Notes: generated by a model from the letters alone, not told the origin. Shown: positions 1 through 9,661, counted from the stretch's first letter. The stretch: DNA of 64,000 nt from an uncultured Bacteroidota bacterium (GCA_903902795.1 CAIUWH010000015.1:13279-77278); one strand, 5' to 3'. Numbers and translations are program-made.

Positions 1-1410
1 AACTGTTGCTTTTAAGGTGTCAATCCAACTGTATCCTACACCATCACTGAACTGTTCTTTTTGTCTCCACGCTACACTTTCGGGCAACATGTCCTCAAAT
101 GCTTTTCGCAACACCCATTTTTCTATTGGATGTTCTTTAGTAATCATTTTATCTTTGGGATTCACTCGCATGGCTACATCCATAAATTCTTTATCTAAAA
201 AGGGAACTCGTCCTTCTATTCCCCATGCTGCAAGACTTTTGTTAGCTCGCAAGCAATCGTACATATGAAGTTTACTTAATTTTCTAACCGTTTCTTCATG
301 AAACTCTCTGGCATTGGGAGCTTTATGAAAATACAGATAGCCACCAAATAATTCATCCGAGCCTTCACCCGACAAGACCATTTTAATTCCCATTGACTTA
401 ATTACGCGAGCCATCAACCACATTGGTGTGGATGCTCGAATAGTTGTTACATCGTACGTTTCCAGATTGTAAATTACATCGCGAATGGCATCCAATCCTT
501 CCTGAATCGTAAATTTAATTTCATGGTGAATGGTACCGATATAATCAGCAACGACTTGCGCAGCAGCCAAATCTGGTGAACCTTCTAGTCCAACTGCAAA
601 TGAATGTAATTGTGGATACCACGCATCTACAGTATCGCCCGATTCAATGCGTTTTTGAGCATATTTTTTAGCGATTGCCGAAGTTATAGATGAATCTAAA
701 CCACCTGAAAGCAACACGCCATAAGGTACATCACTCATTAATTGACGGTGAACGGCAGCTTCGAGTGCTACTTTTATAGCTCCAATACTGGTTTGGTTGT
801 CTTCGACGGCCTCGTAATCCGTCCATTCTCTTTTGTACCATTGCACGAATTCGCCGTCTGTGCTCGACATATAATGACCTGGAGGGAACAGTTGAATTTT
901 AGTACAATAGCCTTCCAACGCTTTTAATTCGGATGCTACATAAAATGTACCATTTTGATCCCAACCGATGTACAACGGAATAATTCCCATGTGATCGCGA
1001 GCGATAAAATATTCATCTTTTTCAGCATCGTAAAGGGCGAATCCGAAGATTCCGTTCATTTCATCAATAAAATGGACTCCTTTTTCTTTGTATAAGGCTA
1101 AAATAACTTCGCAATCGCTTTCGGTTTGAAACTGGTATGTACCTTCAAACTGCTTACGCAAGGCACGATGATTGTATATTTCGCCATTGGCCGCGAGAAC
1201 CAACTTTTTGTCGGCACTGAATAAGGGTTGTTTCCCAGAAGCTGGATCGACAATTGCCAATCGTTCGTGGGCTAAAATCGCTTTATCATTACTGAAAATT
1301 CCGCTCCAATCGGGTCCGCGATGACGAATGATTTTCGCCATTTCCAATACTTGAGGTCGTAAGGTTTCTGCTTTTTGCTTTAAATCGAAGGCGCATACTA
1401 TTCCGCACAT
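1..1410 (-). CDS. asnB: Asparagine synthase B (glutamine-hydrolysing), 3' end runs off the window
   Basis: Hand translation from ATG at 1410 gives MCGIVCAFDLKQKAETLRPQVLEMAKIIRHRGPDWSG (N-terminal Cys of Ntn amidotransferases, HRGPD motif). The same frame reads WRQKEQFSDGVGYSW near position 1. It is absent from the ORF track because there is no stop codon in the window. Confidence 0.95.
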   Translation of the reverse strand, partial: MCGIVCAFDLKQKAETLRPQVLEMAKIIRHRGPDWSGIFSNDKAILAHERLAIVDPASGKQPLFSADKKLVLAANGEIYNHRALRKQFEGTYQFQTESDCEVILALYKEKGVHFIDEMNGIFGFALYDAEKDEYFIARDHMGIIPLYIGWDQNGTFYVASELKALEGYCTKIQLFPPGHYMSSTDGEFVQWYKREWTDYEAVEDNQTSIGAIKVALEAAVHRQLMSDVPYGVLLSGGLDSSITSAIAKKYAQKRIESGDTVDAWYPQLHSFAVGLEGSPDLAAAQVVADYIGTIHHEIKFTIQEGLDAIRDVIYNLETYDVTTIRASTPMWLMARVIKSMGIKMVLSGEGSDELFGGYLYFHKAPNAREFHEETVRKLSKLHMYDCLRANKSLAAWGIEGRVPFLDKEFMDVAMRVNPKDKMITKEHPIEKWVLRKAFEDMLPESVAWRQKEQFSDGVGYSWIDTLKATV

Positions 1411-1626
1411 AATCTTTTTCTTTTAAATGGACAATTCGCGAATTGTCCTTACATTAATTATGAAGCAAAATTGAAGTATTGCTTTATTTATTAAAAGTAA
1501 AAGTAGATAATTAGTTATAAATTAAAACTAAAAGATGCCTTTTACAACAAATATTAAACTTAATTGAATTATAAATATCGGAAAGTGTTATAAATTGTTA
1601 GAACAGATGATTGAATACCATTGAAT

Positions 1627-2070
1627 TTAGGTGATTTCTTGAATAATGAATTTACTTCCATTAATCTCGAACTCAAAACCTACTTCATTTCCCATTAGAG
1701 TAGCTCCTAAAGGCGATTGAGGAGAAACTGCGATAATAGATGTATTGTCAATAGTGATTTTAGGTAATGCCGCACTTATAAACAGCACCATTTGGTTGGC
1801 TTTGACCAAGCTTCCCAATGCGATTTTGGTCGACACATGATTTGGGTTTATTTTGTCTAAAATTGATTTCTGGGTCAACACTTCCGTTAGCTTATGATTG
1901 AGCTTTTCTTGCTCAATGTGCATCATCGACAAGGCTGTTTCGTGTTTGTCGCCTGCAGAACCTTTTGCGTCGTTCTGCGCGTCTTCGGTTAAAGAAGCAA
2001 TCATGTCGCGGAACACATCGATTTTGTCTTGTAGGAGTTGATGGTGGTGTTGGATGATTTTATGTTTCAT
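1627..2070 (-). CDS. GreA/GreB-family small protein (Bacteroidota type)
   Basis: N-terminal coiled coil with SAGDKHETA at the tip; C-terminal LGSLV...VSPQSPLGATLMGNEVG matches the Gre C-terminal domain signature. Confidence 0.75.
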   Translation of the reverse strand: MKHKIIQHHHQLLQDKIDVFRDMIASLTEDAQNDAKGSAGDKHETALSMMHIEQEKLNHKLTEVLTQKSILDKINPNHVSTKIALGSLVKANQMVLFISAALPKITIDNTSIIAVSPQSPLGATLMGNEVGFEFEINGSKFIIQEIT

Positions 2071-2072
2071 GA

Positions 2073-2240
2073 TAGACTTCTTAGAATGTTAGATTGTTAG
2101 ATTGTTAGATTGTTGGACTGTAAGATTTTAAGATTGTAAAAATGTAAAATCAGTTAAAGTTGAAAATAGACCTAAAAAAAACAAGACTTCTTAAAAAAAA
2201 TCTAAGAAGTCTAAGTTAGTCTAGAATTCTAATACCTAGA
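2073..2240. repeat. Inverted pair of degenerate 8-mer tandem arrays (TTAGATTG-type)
   Basis: About nine 8-mers at 2081-2152 (ttagaatg, ttagattg x3, ttggactg, taagattt, taagattg...). Complementary tctaa/tctag units at 2201-2240. Perfect 13-bp inverted repeat 2073-2085 / 2201-2213. Confidence 0.85.
2174..2212 (-). terminator. Probable intrinsic terminator after the TonB-receptor gene
   Basis: 10-bp stem 2184-2193 / 2203-2212, followed on the minus strand by ug and U8 (A8 at 2174-2181). Confidence 0.65.
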
Positions 2241-4041
2241 AATCAAATTTATAATTCGCACCCAAAAGCACTTGAATGCCTTGAACAGGATAATTAATCC
2301 ATCTTTGATAATCTTGTCCCGCTAAGTTATTTCCTTTTAAGAAAAAGGTCAAACGTTCGTTTCGCTTGTAACCTACATAAGCGTTTAAGTCAAAAAAGCT
2401 GTCTAAAGTAGCCGTTTCCGGAATGTAATTAGGTAATGGAGCGGCAGTCAAATCGTCTCTGAATGTAATATCTTTTCGTTCTCCAACAAAAAACACCTTG
2501 GTTCCTGCGTACCATTTATCGGTGATATTGAAATCCACATTAGCAGCAATATTCAATCCAGGTAAATTCCACGCTTCTTCTTCTACATCAGAAGTAAACG
2601 AACTAAATGTTCCATTGATTCCGAACGAAACATTTTTCGAGAAATCGGCTTTCAATTCACCATAAAAACTAACGGTTTTTACATTATCATATACCACATT
2701 AAACGAATTACCAAAGGCATAACCATCTTCATTGGTTGTTAAGAAATTGTACGTATTATTTTTAAATAATGCCTTATTATTTTCATTCATCAACGATCCG
2801 CGCAGATTATACCCAATCGTATTGGATAATTTCCCGCGTAAACCTATATAAATATCATACTTTTGATCGGTCGGACCAATGGCTAAGGTAGGCGACACAA
2901 AAAAGTTTTCTTGAGCAAAATCTTTATAGGAGTTTTGTTGTAGTGTTCCTTCAGCTCCCGCGTACGCAATCATTAAATCGCCCACCACTTTGTAGGAAGC
3001 ATTGATTTGTGGATAAATAAAGAACTTATTGTCGCCACCTTCGTTAGCAACGCTGTAGAAAAATGCAGCTCCAAGATTTACCGACAAATCTTCTTGATTG
3101 AGTTGAAAACTAGGATGAAATCCGATATTGGTGTTCCCATATTTATAAGATTCACCACCTAAATACGTTTGATCAAAACTCCCGTTTAAGTAATCAAAAA
3201 TAAAGGTTGCATTTATTTTTTCATCCAACACATCAAAGGCTAAATTAGGTTTGGCATAGAAACGATTTTCACCCGACGAAAAGGCGTCCCAAAAGCGAGT
3301 AAATTTAACTTCTGCTTCTTTAAAAATACTCTCTTTCAAACTTAGTCGACCACCCAAATCGAGTGTATGGTAGGTTTGTTGTTCGTCAATAGTATTGATA
3401 AACTCATCCCTATCTGACGGAGAAAGATTTTGATAAAAAACTGGATTTAAACCATACCAATTATATAGTTGATTGTGGTAGCCAAGATCGACATTCCATG
3501 CCAGATTTCTAGCTTTACTTCCATAGGTTACATCGAGTTCGGTATCGAAAAATTTATCATCTAAAATTACTTCGTCGATTCCGCCTTGCGATGAACTGTG
3601 ACGGAGCATGGCACCAATATAATTGTTGTTTGCCAAGGTTTGAGTAACAAACAACTCGGCATTGATGTTTCCGTAATTTCCGGCTGCTAGCGTTAAATAA
3701 TTTCTGAATAATTTCTCTTTGGCCGATTTCTCTACTCCAGCCGCCTTTCCTTTGGATGGCGTAAACGTGGAAGCCACAGGAAACGAAAATATGGTGTACT
3801 CGATGGTTTCCTTTTTGTTGGTTTCTTCGTCTTCAAAAGAGGGAGTTTCTTTCACTTTAAATGCGTCCGAAATACTTGGCGTGTATGGTTTTACTACGTT
3901 TACGACTTCGCTTCCGATGTTTTCGTCTTTCTTTTGGGAAAACGAAAATTGGGTTGCTAAAAGCAGACTAATAGATAATAGACTAATAGATGATAGACTA
4001 TCAAATTGTGTAAACCGAAATATATTTGTTTTAAAATTCAT
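2236..4041 (-). CDS. Outer-membrane TonB-dependent-receptor-like beta-barrel
   Basis: Signal peptide; EVVNVVKPYTPSISDAFK motif of the Bacteroidota family usually found next to a large TPR gene; C-terminal GANYKFDF with terminal Phe. Confidence 0.8.
   Translation of the reverse strand: MNFKTNIFRFTQFDSLSSISLLSISLLLATQFSFSQKKDENIGSEVVNVVKPYTPSISDAFKVKETPSFEDEETNKKETIEYTIFSFPVASTFTPSKGKAAGVEKSAKEKLFRNYLTLAAGNYGNINAELFVTQTLANNNYIGAMLRHSSSQGGIDEVILDDKFFDTELDVTYGSKARNLAWNVDLGYHNQLYNWYGLNPVFYQNLSPSDRDEFINTIDEQQTYHTLDLGGRLSLKESIFKEAEVKFTRFWDAFSSGENRFYAKPNLAFDVLDEKINATFIFDYLNGSFDQTYLGGESYKYGNTNIGFHPSFQLNQEDLSVNLGAAFFYSVANEGGDNKFFIYPQINASYKVVGDLMIAYAGAEGTLQQNSYKDFAQENFFVSPTLAIGPTDQKYDIYIGLRGKLSNTIGYNLRGSLMNENNKALFKNNTYNFLTTNEDGYAFGNSFNVVYDNVKTVSFYGELKADFSKNVSFGINGTFSSFTSDVEEEAWNLPGLNIAANVDFNITDKWYAGTKVFFVGERKDITFRDDLTAAPLPNYIPETATLDSFFDLNAYVGYKRNERLTFFLKGNNLAGQDYQRWINYPVQGIQVLLGANYKFDF
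3965..4002. repeat. Downstream repeat arm of the four-helix-bundle cassette (ATAGACTA/ATAGAT[A/G] units), inside the TonB-receptor signal-peptide coding region
   Basis: agacta atagata atagacta atagatg atagacta tc; translated on the minus strand as SLSSISLLSISLL. Confidence 0.85.
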
Positions 4042-4047
4042 TTTTAT

Positions 4048-4410
4048 TTAATTTAAAGTATTTTGAAATGACATAGTAGCCTTTTGTAATTCTTCTATTT
4101 TAGATTCTATACTATTTGAAATATCATCAGAAATAAAACTATTCGCATTAGCAATTAAGATTTGTGTTTGAAGTTCAAATGACGAACCTAAAGCGATATC
4201 TAAAAAATGACTAAAGGATTTATTACTTCTACTTGAACCTTCTGCAATATTTGATGAAATTGACACAGAACATCTATTCATCTGACTAATCAATCCATAC
4301 TTTTCTGAAGTGGGTAAACTTGATGTCAATTGAAAAATATCCTTAGCTAAATCCATTGACATTATCCAAATTTTAAGTTTTTTAAAGTTATGCCTCTTAA
4401 AATCATTCAT
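4048..4410 (-). CDS. Four helix bundle protein (23S rRNA IVS / Avd-like family)
   Basis: FKKLKIW...EKYGLISQMNRCSVSISSNIAEG...FLDIALGSSFELQTQ signature; 120 aa. Confidence 0.92.
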   Translation of the reverse strand: MNDFKRHNFKKLKIWIMSMDLAKDIFQLTSSLPTSEKYGLISQMNRCSVSISSNIAEGSSRSNKSFSHFLDIALGSSFELQTQILIANANSFISDDISNSIESKIEELQKATMSFQNTLN

Positions 4411-4417
4411 AGTTTTA

Positions 4418-4453
4418 AGTCTATTATCTATTAGTCTATTCTCTTTCGTCTAT
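4418..4453. repeat. Upstream repeat arm of the four-helix-bundle cassette
   Basis: agtctattatctattagtct (4418-4437) is the exact reverse complement of 3965-3984; an extra gtctat unit at 4448-4453 overlaps the TPR stop codon. Confidence 0.85.
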
Positions 4454-7400
4454 TTAATAATTGACGAATTAGTTTTGGCTTCTTCTGTTTTAATGACATC
4501 CAACTCAGTTTGAGCTTCTAGAAGTACGTCGTCAAATTCTTTGAAATTTTCCAATACACTTTCTAAAATGTAGGTCGCATTGAAGCTATCTTTTAGTCCG
4601 TAAAAGTTTTTCGCCATTACAATTAATCCTTTCGCACCGAAATATTTATATCCTGAATAATCTTTTGACAATTTCTGAACGGCTTTATTTGAGTCTTCAT
4701 ATTTTCCGTCTTTGTTTTTAAAATACGCATCGTAGTACAAGGCTTCTGCAGCTAATTCACCTTTGGCAATTTTTAATAAATTCGCATAGGCTGTTCTGGC
4801 TTTGGCTTCATCATTGACTTTAATCGCAGAACGCGCTACAATAATTTGTGCATCACTTTTTACCTTGTTGTCGGTTTTGGGATTGTTCAGCACTTTATCA
4901 GCATACACCACAGCATTGGAATAGTCCTTCTGATCATAATACGCGCGCATCAAATTGGATTGTGCGAAGGTGATGTTTTGTGGAAAATCGGCTTCGGCTT
5001 CCAATCGTTTTAAAACCGGAATCGCTTTCGCAAAATCGTTTTTATTTAAGTGAATTTCGGATAAACGAGCGAGCGATTGTTCAGTGAATTCGTTGCGTGA
5101 TTTAGCAATCACGTATTCGTAATTCGGAATCGCGTTCGACTGCAAATTATCAGCAAAATACAACTGACCCAAGTAGAAATTAGCTTTCAAGGCATGAATT
5201 CCGTTTGGAAATTTAGAAACGTAACCGTTTAATGACGAAATCGCTTGTTTGACATTGTTTTGTAAATACTGTTTTTCTGCGGCTTCGTAGGTATCATTAT
5301 CCAATTCAGCATCCGAAACCTCAACAAAATCAAGTGTTCGCACCCACGAAGCGTATTCATCCACTTTTCCGTTATCCATATAAATCAAACGTGCGGTAGA
5401 AACAGCCTCTAAAGCTTCGGGCGATTTTGGAAAATCAGCCGCTACTTTTTTGAATTTTGTGATTGCTAATTCGCCTTTGTTGCCATTATAATACACCAAA
5501 CCTTGACGTAAAATTGCTTTAGAAGCGTACAACCCTTTCGGGAACTCTTTTAATAACTGATCATAAGTCGTCAACGCCAATTCGGTTTTGCCGTCTGCAA
5601 CATAGGTGTTACCTAGTTCAAATAATGAATCATCACGGTATTGCGACGTTTTGAAATTCTGCAAGAACTTATTAAAATCTTCAATTTTCTTATCGTTTTT
5701 CTGTACAAATCCGTAGCTGATCGCCTTCTGAAATGCGGCATAGTCGGCGTCTACACTTTTCAACTCAATGGCTTTGTTGTAGGCATCCATCGCTGGCCAG
5801 TATTTTGCCGCTACGAAACGACTGTCACCCAATCGAAGATAGGCATCATTCAAACGCGTTTTATCATCTTTGGATACATCGATGTAACTTTGGAAATAAT
5901 TTCCAGCTTGGTCGTATTCTTTTTGTTTGAAATAGGCGTAGGCAATATTGTAATTGATGTTTTTGAATTCGGGTGTATTTTTCGCTTCAGCAAATCCTTC
6001 AAACTGCTTAAAACTCAACAAAGCCTCGTTGAAACTGTCTAAAACGTATTCGGTTTCACCTTTCCAAAAAGTAGCGCGGGCTGCAAATTTTTGGTCTTTT
6101 TGCTCTGCAATTGACTTCTTAAACATTTTCAAAGCGTCCTGGTAACTTCCGTCGGTGTACAATTCTAATCCGCGGTAGAACGTCACTTTTTGATAGGCGG
6201 ATTTGTAAAGCGGATTTCTATTTTTCTCCAACAAGGTCAACGCTTCTTTATAATTTTTGGACGTGATGTACGAATTAATCAACAAACCCTCGATTTCATC
6301 TTTACTAGGTGAACTTGGGTATTTAGTAATAAAAGCCGACAAAACATCCGGCACACTTTGGTAGGAATTACCCAATTCGTAACTCAGTTTCGCATAATTC
6401 AAATTGGCATCTTCTTGAATTTTTTTGTCGAAATCCATTTCAGAAGCACTTTTAAACGCATTCAATGCTTGTTGTTTTCTATCGCTTTTCAAATAACTTT
6501 CACCCAGATGGTAATAGGCATTTTGCGAAATAAAATCAGTTCCATCAATAATTTTATTGAATTGCGAAATGGCGTTTTCAAAATCGTTCAACTTGTAATG
6601 CGTGTAACCCAATTGATAATAATCGGTATTGTTCCATTTGCCTTTTCTTCCTTTATATTCTTTCAAATAAGGCAAGGCTTTATCGTATTGTTTGAGGTTG
6701 AAATAACTTTCGCCTATTATTTTGTTGAGTTCTGATTTTTCGGCTGCGTTCGATTTGGCCATTGCTACTGTACCTAAATCGATTGCTTTTTGAAAATTCC
6801 CCAACTTAAAATTCATGTCAGCCTGAAAATAAGACAGCTTTTCTTTGTATTTCTCTTCGCCTGAAATTTGGTCAAAATACTTAGTTGCTTCTTTGTAATC
6901 GTCATTTTCATAGGACATCGTTCCTAGATAATATTTGGCTTGCGCACCGTATTCTTTGGAATTCGCGACTTTATTGAGGTAATTGGTCGCTTCCTTTTTC
7001 TTTCCCGCCGAATAATAGGCGTATCCTTTTTGAAAGTTGAATTTTTCCAATTCTGTATACGTTAGTACACTTTCGTCTACTTTATCAAAATACTCTAGCG
7101 CTTGAGGATAGCGTCCGGCTTCAAAATAATAATGCGCCACTCCTACAAACGCTTGGTTTTGTTTGGTGCTGGTTGGGTAATCCGAAACAAAATCTTCCAT
7201 CAATTGATCCGCGTTACTTTGATCGAGGCGAATGGCGGAATTGGCAATATAAAACGAACAATCCGACATTACTTCTTGGTTGGTCGATTTTTGTTTCACT
7301 TTTTCGAATAAAATCTGAGCTGCTAAAAACTGTTTGTCATTGTACAGCGCAACCGCTTTGTCAAAATCGGAATTGTCATGCGTATTTATTGCTGATTGTT

Positions 7401-7464
7401 GAGCGTTTAGGGACAAACTTCCCGTCCATAAAATAAGATAAAGTAACATCGAAAATTTTCGCAT
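4450..7464 (-). CDS. Large tetratricopeptide-repeat periplasmic protein
   Basis: Many TPR-like helical repeats. Likely start MRKFSMLLYL at 7464, which gives a signal peptide; the ORF-track start at 7554 looks like an over-extension. Confidence 0.88.
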   Translation of the reverse strand: MRKFSMLLYLILWTGSLSLNAQQSAINTHDNSDFDKAVALYNDKQFLAAQILFEKVKQKSTNQEVMSDCSFYIANSAIRLDQSNADQLMEDFVSDYPTSTKQNQAFVGVAHYYFEAGRYPQALEYFDKVDESVLTYTELEKFNFQKGYAYYSAGKKKEATNYLNKVANSKEYGAQAKYYLGTMSYENDDYKEATKYFDQISGEEKYKEKLSYFQADMNFKLGNFQKAIDLGTVAMAKSNAAEKSELNKIIGESYFNLKQYDKALPYLKEYKGRKGKWNNTDYYQLGYTHYKLNDFENAISQFNKIIDGTDFISQNAYYHLGESYLKSDRKQQALNAFKSASEMDFDKKIQEDANLNYAKLSYELGNSYQSVPDVLSAFITKYPSSPSKDEIEGLLINSYITSKNYKEALTLLEKNRNPLYKSAYQKVTFYRGLELYTDGSYQDALKMFKKSIAEQKDQKFAARATFWKGETEYVLDSFNEALLSFKQFEGFAEAKNTPEFKNINYNIAYAYFKQKEYDQAGNYFQSYIDVSKDDKTRLNDAYLRLGDSRFVAAKYWPAMDAYNKAIELKSVDADYAAFQKAISYGFVQKNDKKIEDFNKFLQNFKTSQYRDDSLFELGNTYVADGKTELALTTYDQLLKEFPKGLYASKAILRQGLVYYNGNKGELAITKFKKVAADFPKSPEALEAVSTARLIYMDNGKVDEYASWVRTLDFVEVSDAELDNDTYEAAEKQYLQNNVKQAISSLNGYVSKFPNGIHALKANFYLGQLYFADNLQSNAIPNYEYVIAKSRNEFTEQSLARLSEIHLNKNDFAKAIPVLKRLEAEADFPQNITFAQSNLMRAYYDQKDYSNAVVYADKVLNNPKTDNKVKSDAQIIVARSAIKVNDEAKARTAYANLLKIAKGELAAEALYYDAYFKNKDGKYEDSNKAVQKLSKDYSGYKYFGAKGLIVMAKNFYGLKDSFNATYILESVLENFKEFDDVLLEAQTELDVIKTEEAKTNSSIIK

Positions 7465-7667
7465 AGCCTTGTGTTTTGTAATTACCAAAATTAGATTAGT
7501 ATGCAAGGATAACGAACCATAGCGGTTATTTATTATAAACATTTTTCTTAACAATTTAAAGGACTGACGAAGTATCCAGTAAATAATTGTAAATCATGAA
7601 TAAATCATAATTTTATTTTGAAAAGCTACGTTATCTTATTACTTTTACCCACTAAATTAAACATCTT

Positions 7668-8351
7668 ATGTCTGAATCTGTTTTATCGTTAAAAAACGTT
7701 AGTATTTATCAATCGAATAGAGTAATCTTGTCGAACATCAACTTAGAAGTGAAACACGGCGAGTTCATTTACATTATTGGTAAGACAGGTTCGGGAAAAA
7801 GTAGTTTGATCAAAATGCTTTACGGTGATTTGCCTTTAACTACCGGAGAAGGTCATATTGTAGAATACGATTTGGTGCATTTGAAGGAAAAAGAAATTCC
7901 GTTTTTACGCCGAAAAATTGGTATTGTATTCCAAGATTTTCAATTGCTTCCGGATCGAAATGTATCCGATAACATGCTTTTTGTATTGAAAGCCACTGGC
8001 TGGACTGATAAAGAGCAAATGCAAAATAAAATGGAAGAAGTATTGGATAAGGTAGGCATGAAAGGATTTGCAACTAAAATGCCACACCAATTGTCCGGCG
8101 GTGAACAACAACGTGTTGCTATTGCACGCGCATTGTTAAACGATCCAGAGTTTATTTTAGCAGATGAACCAACCGGTAATTTAGATCCTCAAACCAGTGT
8201 AGAAGTTTTGGATGTTTTGAAAAAAATCAACGCCAACGGAAAAACGATTATCATGGCTACTCATGATTACGCATTATTGATGAAGTTCCCATCGAAAACT
8301 TTAAAATGTGAAGACGGTTCTATTTTTGAGGTAGTTCAGAAAACAGTTTAA
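7668..8351 (+). CDS. ftsE: FtsE-like ABC ATP-binding protein
   Basis: Walker [44 protein letters not shown]. Confidence 0.8.
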   Translation: MSESVLSLKNVSIYQSNRVILSNINLEVKHGEFIYIIGKTGSGKSSLIKMLYGDLPLTTGEGHIVEYDLVHLKEKEIPFLRRKIGIVFQDFQLLPDRNVSDNMLFVLKATGWTDKEQMQNKMEEVLDKVGMKGFATKMPHQLSGGEQQRVAIARALLNDPEFILADEPTGNLDPQTSVEVLDVLKKINANGKTIIMATHDYALLMKFPSKTLKCEDGSIFEVVQKTV

Positions 8352-9604
8352 CGGATTTTCCCTTTATCTTTTAAAAATTTAGCCGTTAAAACAATAACTA
8401 AAGGAAAGAATACCATATGGAAACGGTCGCCCTGACTGAACGTAATTCCTGAAACAGCAATGATGTAGAGGATAAAACTTGAAAGCAAAGTAAAAAAGAC
8501 TTCCTTTCGGTAACTTGTTACAAAATAGAAGAGCGCTAAAATCCCACCAAATAGCGTGAAGAAACGGTTTTGCCACTTCGATATATCAAAAATTACGTCC
8601 TTCGAGAAATCAAAATAACGAGTATTTTTTTTATTTTGACAATCGGCAATTGCGGCTGACCCTGAAACGGTATTGTCATAAATATCTGAAAAATAAGCTT
8701 TTAGCAAATTTAACTTGTTGTTCTTGAGTTGATCGAGTACATCTTGCCGCACCACTTTTTGAATTTCATCGTGCGAACCCAAATTCAATAAGTTATTTGC
8801 CCTCGGATTATCGATTTCTGTATAATCCACACCATCTTTGTAACTCATGGCTTTCGCACCGATATAATTATAGTACGTAACTCCATCAATATAACTAATG
8901 GTAAAACTTCCGAATTGATGGTACAAGCCGGCGCATTGAATTAAAACCAATAGTATGCTTCCATAAACTAAAAGCATTGCTTTTTTGGCATAATTTTCAA
9001 CTATAACTTTGATGAAATAAATTCCGAAAACAAAAGCAATCCACTTCGAACCCGGACGAATAAGCATGCTACAAATCAGAATCGACAGTGCTAATGATAA
9101 AAACAGTATTTTCTTGTTTCTGTAATATTTCATCAAAAAAAACATCGATAGTACGATGAAAAAAGTATAAATAGTTTCGGAAAGTAGGTGATACAACACA
9201 GCAATTGCGCCGACACTGGTATAGAAAATCAACGTACAATAAAACGCCATTCGTGCGGTACTAAAATCTTTGAGAATATGAAATAGTAAAACGGCCGTTG
9301 CGAGCCAACAAAAGACATTGACATAAAAACTAAAAACATAGACTGTTGCATCGCTTGCTCCAAATAAGAAGGGAACTCCGTTTATCGCCGACATAAGAAT
9401 CGGTCTATAATCATGACCTCTAAAATAAACCATCAGATTTTTGGAAGCAACCAAATAATTATCAGAATCGGCGTAAACATGAGTTTGAATATCTAGCTGA
9501 AGAAAAAAATTCAAAAGCGCCAACGTGAGCACGCCAAAAAAGAGAATTAGCAATTCGAATTTATATTTTTGGAAGCGTTCGATCATAGAAACAAAACTAA
9601 TCAA
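8348..9604 (-). CDS. Polytopic membrane protein, possible GT-C/ArnT-like glycosyltransferase or polymerase
   Basis: About 10 hydrophobic segments; DSDNY...RP and LLSETIY motifs resembling GT-C proteins; adjacent to the glycan cluster. Confidence 0.5.
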   Translation of the reverse strand: MISFVSMIERFQKYKFELLILFFGVLTLALLNFFLQLDIQTHVYADSDNYLVASKNLMVYFRGHDYRPILMSAINGVPFLFGASDATVYVFSFYVNVFCWLATAVLLFHILKDFSTARMAFYCTLIFYTSVGAIAVLYHLLSETIYTFFIVLSMFFLMKYYRNKKILFLSLALSILICSMLIRPGSKWIAFVFGIYFIKVIVENYAKKAMLLVYGSILLVLIQCAGLYHQFGSFTISYIDGVTYYNYIGAKAMSYKDGVDYTEIDNPRANNLLNLGSHDEIQKVVRQDVLDQLKNNKLNLLKAYFSDIYDNTVSGSAAIADCQNKKNTRYFDFSKDVIFDISKWQNRFFTLFGGILALFYFVTSYRKEVFFTLLSSFILYIIAVSGITFSQGDRFHMVFFPLVIVLTAKFLKDKGKIR

Positions 9605-9661
9605 ATTATTGTAGTTTCAAATTAGAAATGTAGATTTGTGGCATTAATAGGCATTTTAACA

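Larger units (their letters stand above)
3965..4453 (-). mobile_element. Candidate IVS-like four-helix-bundle cassette bounded by inverted repeat arrays
   Basis: AT-rich gene (12/60 GC in line 4081-4140 vs 24/60 in line 3841-3900) sitting between two normally coupled genes and bracketed by a 20-bp inverted repeat. No transposase, so mobility is inferred only. Confidence 0.35.

Noticed and set aside
17-927. Plus-strand ORFs 17-268 and 742-927
   Set aside because: They are antisense shadows of asnB, which occupies 1-1410 on the minus strand.
1411-1626. Very AT-rich 216-bp intergenic region upstream of asnB as an sRNA or riboswitch
   Set aside because: I could not identify a stable stem or a recognisable motif. 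It is consistent with an ordinary promoter region.
2081-2152. Tandem repeats as a CRISPR array
   Set aside because: The units are 8 nt with no spacers and there are no cas genes. The same applies to the other arrays.
4048-4410. Diversity-generating retroelement, suggested by the Avd-like fold
   Set aside because: No reverse transcriptase and no template/variable repeat pair is visible in the window.
7465-7554. N-terminal extensions given by the ORF track (TPR at 7554; also 42954, 45330, 46118, 59897, 62033)
   Set aside because: Downstream ATGs give better signal peptides or family N-termini, and some extensions run through promoter or operator motifs.
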